Source: Selaginella moellendorffii (lineage: Eukaryota; Plantae; Lycopodiophyta). Taken from it: DNA of 64,000 bases. The notes below the pieces were generated by a model. The model did no database searches. It saw only the letters and a list, made by a program, of their open reading frames with translations, and was not told the DNA's origin. The stretch is from NCBI RefSeq assembly GCF_000143415.4, contig NW_003314328.1:242995-306994 (forward strand). The letters run 5' to 3'. Both the position numbers and the translations under genes were made by a program. Shown piece by piece: positions 63,351 through 64,000 of this stretch (its first letter is position 1; each line of letters begins with the position of its first letter).

Positions 63351-64000
63351 TCGTGTATGTGACTAATTTTTCTATTCTACTTTAGTCACTTAACCACACC
63401 TCTAACCATTTGAAAGAGTCTCATTCACAACGTCCATAAGTCCGATTTAGGACTTGGGGCTTGTTAGCCCCGAGAATGGCATCCATGCCACTCAACCTTT
63501 GCACTTGGTCTAAGTGCTCCACGTGTCTGATCCCATGACCGACACCCCAAGGTACCACTAACATACCAGCCCATTACGCTAAGGTCATGCCCATTCACCT
63601 TGGTCACACAAGTGGTTCAACACCACCTGCATTGTAGTCCCATCTCTCAAAGACTGAGCCATCCATCCATGAGTAACCATCCTAGATCCACTCCTTAACA
63701 TCCTTAAGATGCTTATGGGGAATAACCTTCCCCAATATCCCTTTTACAATCCCTACCAAGTCTCTTTTCTGTCCATAGCCATGTTCGCCAACACTACCAT
63801 TGGGACAAGGCCCATAGGCCCGACCATTAAATCCCACTGTCCTTTGGGACTTCCTCACCACATGACCGTATCCTTGGTCACTACACCAGAGGACAACTCC
63901 TCTTCCTTTCCATAGTTTGGGACTTTGAGACAACATTTTGGAACACTGTGGCCCTACGCAAGCCTCATGGGTACTTTCCCCACCTTCCGCCTTTGGGTGC

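Noticed and set aside
63350-64000. Start of another transposable element at the window end
   Set aside because: Composition changes but no diagnostic motif or terminus can be supported

Overview
Eukaryotic plant nuclear DNA, most likely a lycophyte such as Selaginella. This is inferred from ~50-nt GT-AG introns, very high gene density, a miR159 with mature CUUGGAUUGAAGGGAGCUCCC, a Tcn1-like chromovirus and a candidate ciliary gene. Bases 1-21500 are an AT-rich nest of LTR retrotransposons with two 100-N gaps. It contains decayed Ty3/gypsy pieces, a TRIM-like miniature element and one nearly complete chromovirus (13500-18426, GCAAT target-site duplication) that shows a Tf1-type self-priming PBS and a GGGAAAC -1 frameshift site. 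Bases 21560-60385 are a compact gene island. In order it holds a CFAP97/Hemingway-like gene, a DExH helicase, an organellar HisRS with a possible spliced C-terminal extension, a HAM-type GRAS factor with a miR171 site, an inverted head-to-head FAD6 pair, mitochondrial PDH E1-beta, an OTU1/YOD1-type deubiquitinase, a putative spliced non-coding locus, MIR159/319, a ~9x FN3 tail-anchored FNDC3-like protein and a VQ protein. Bases 61500-64000 return to degenerate repeats. All calls come from reading the sequence by eye; no database search was run.
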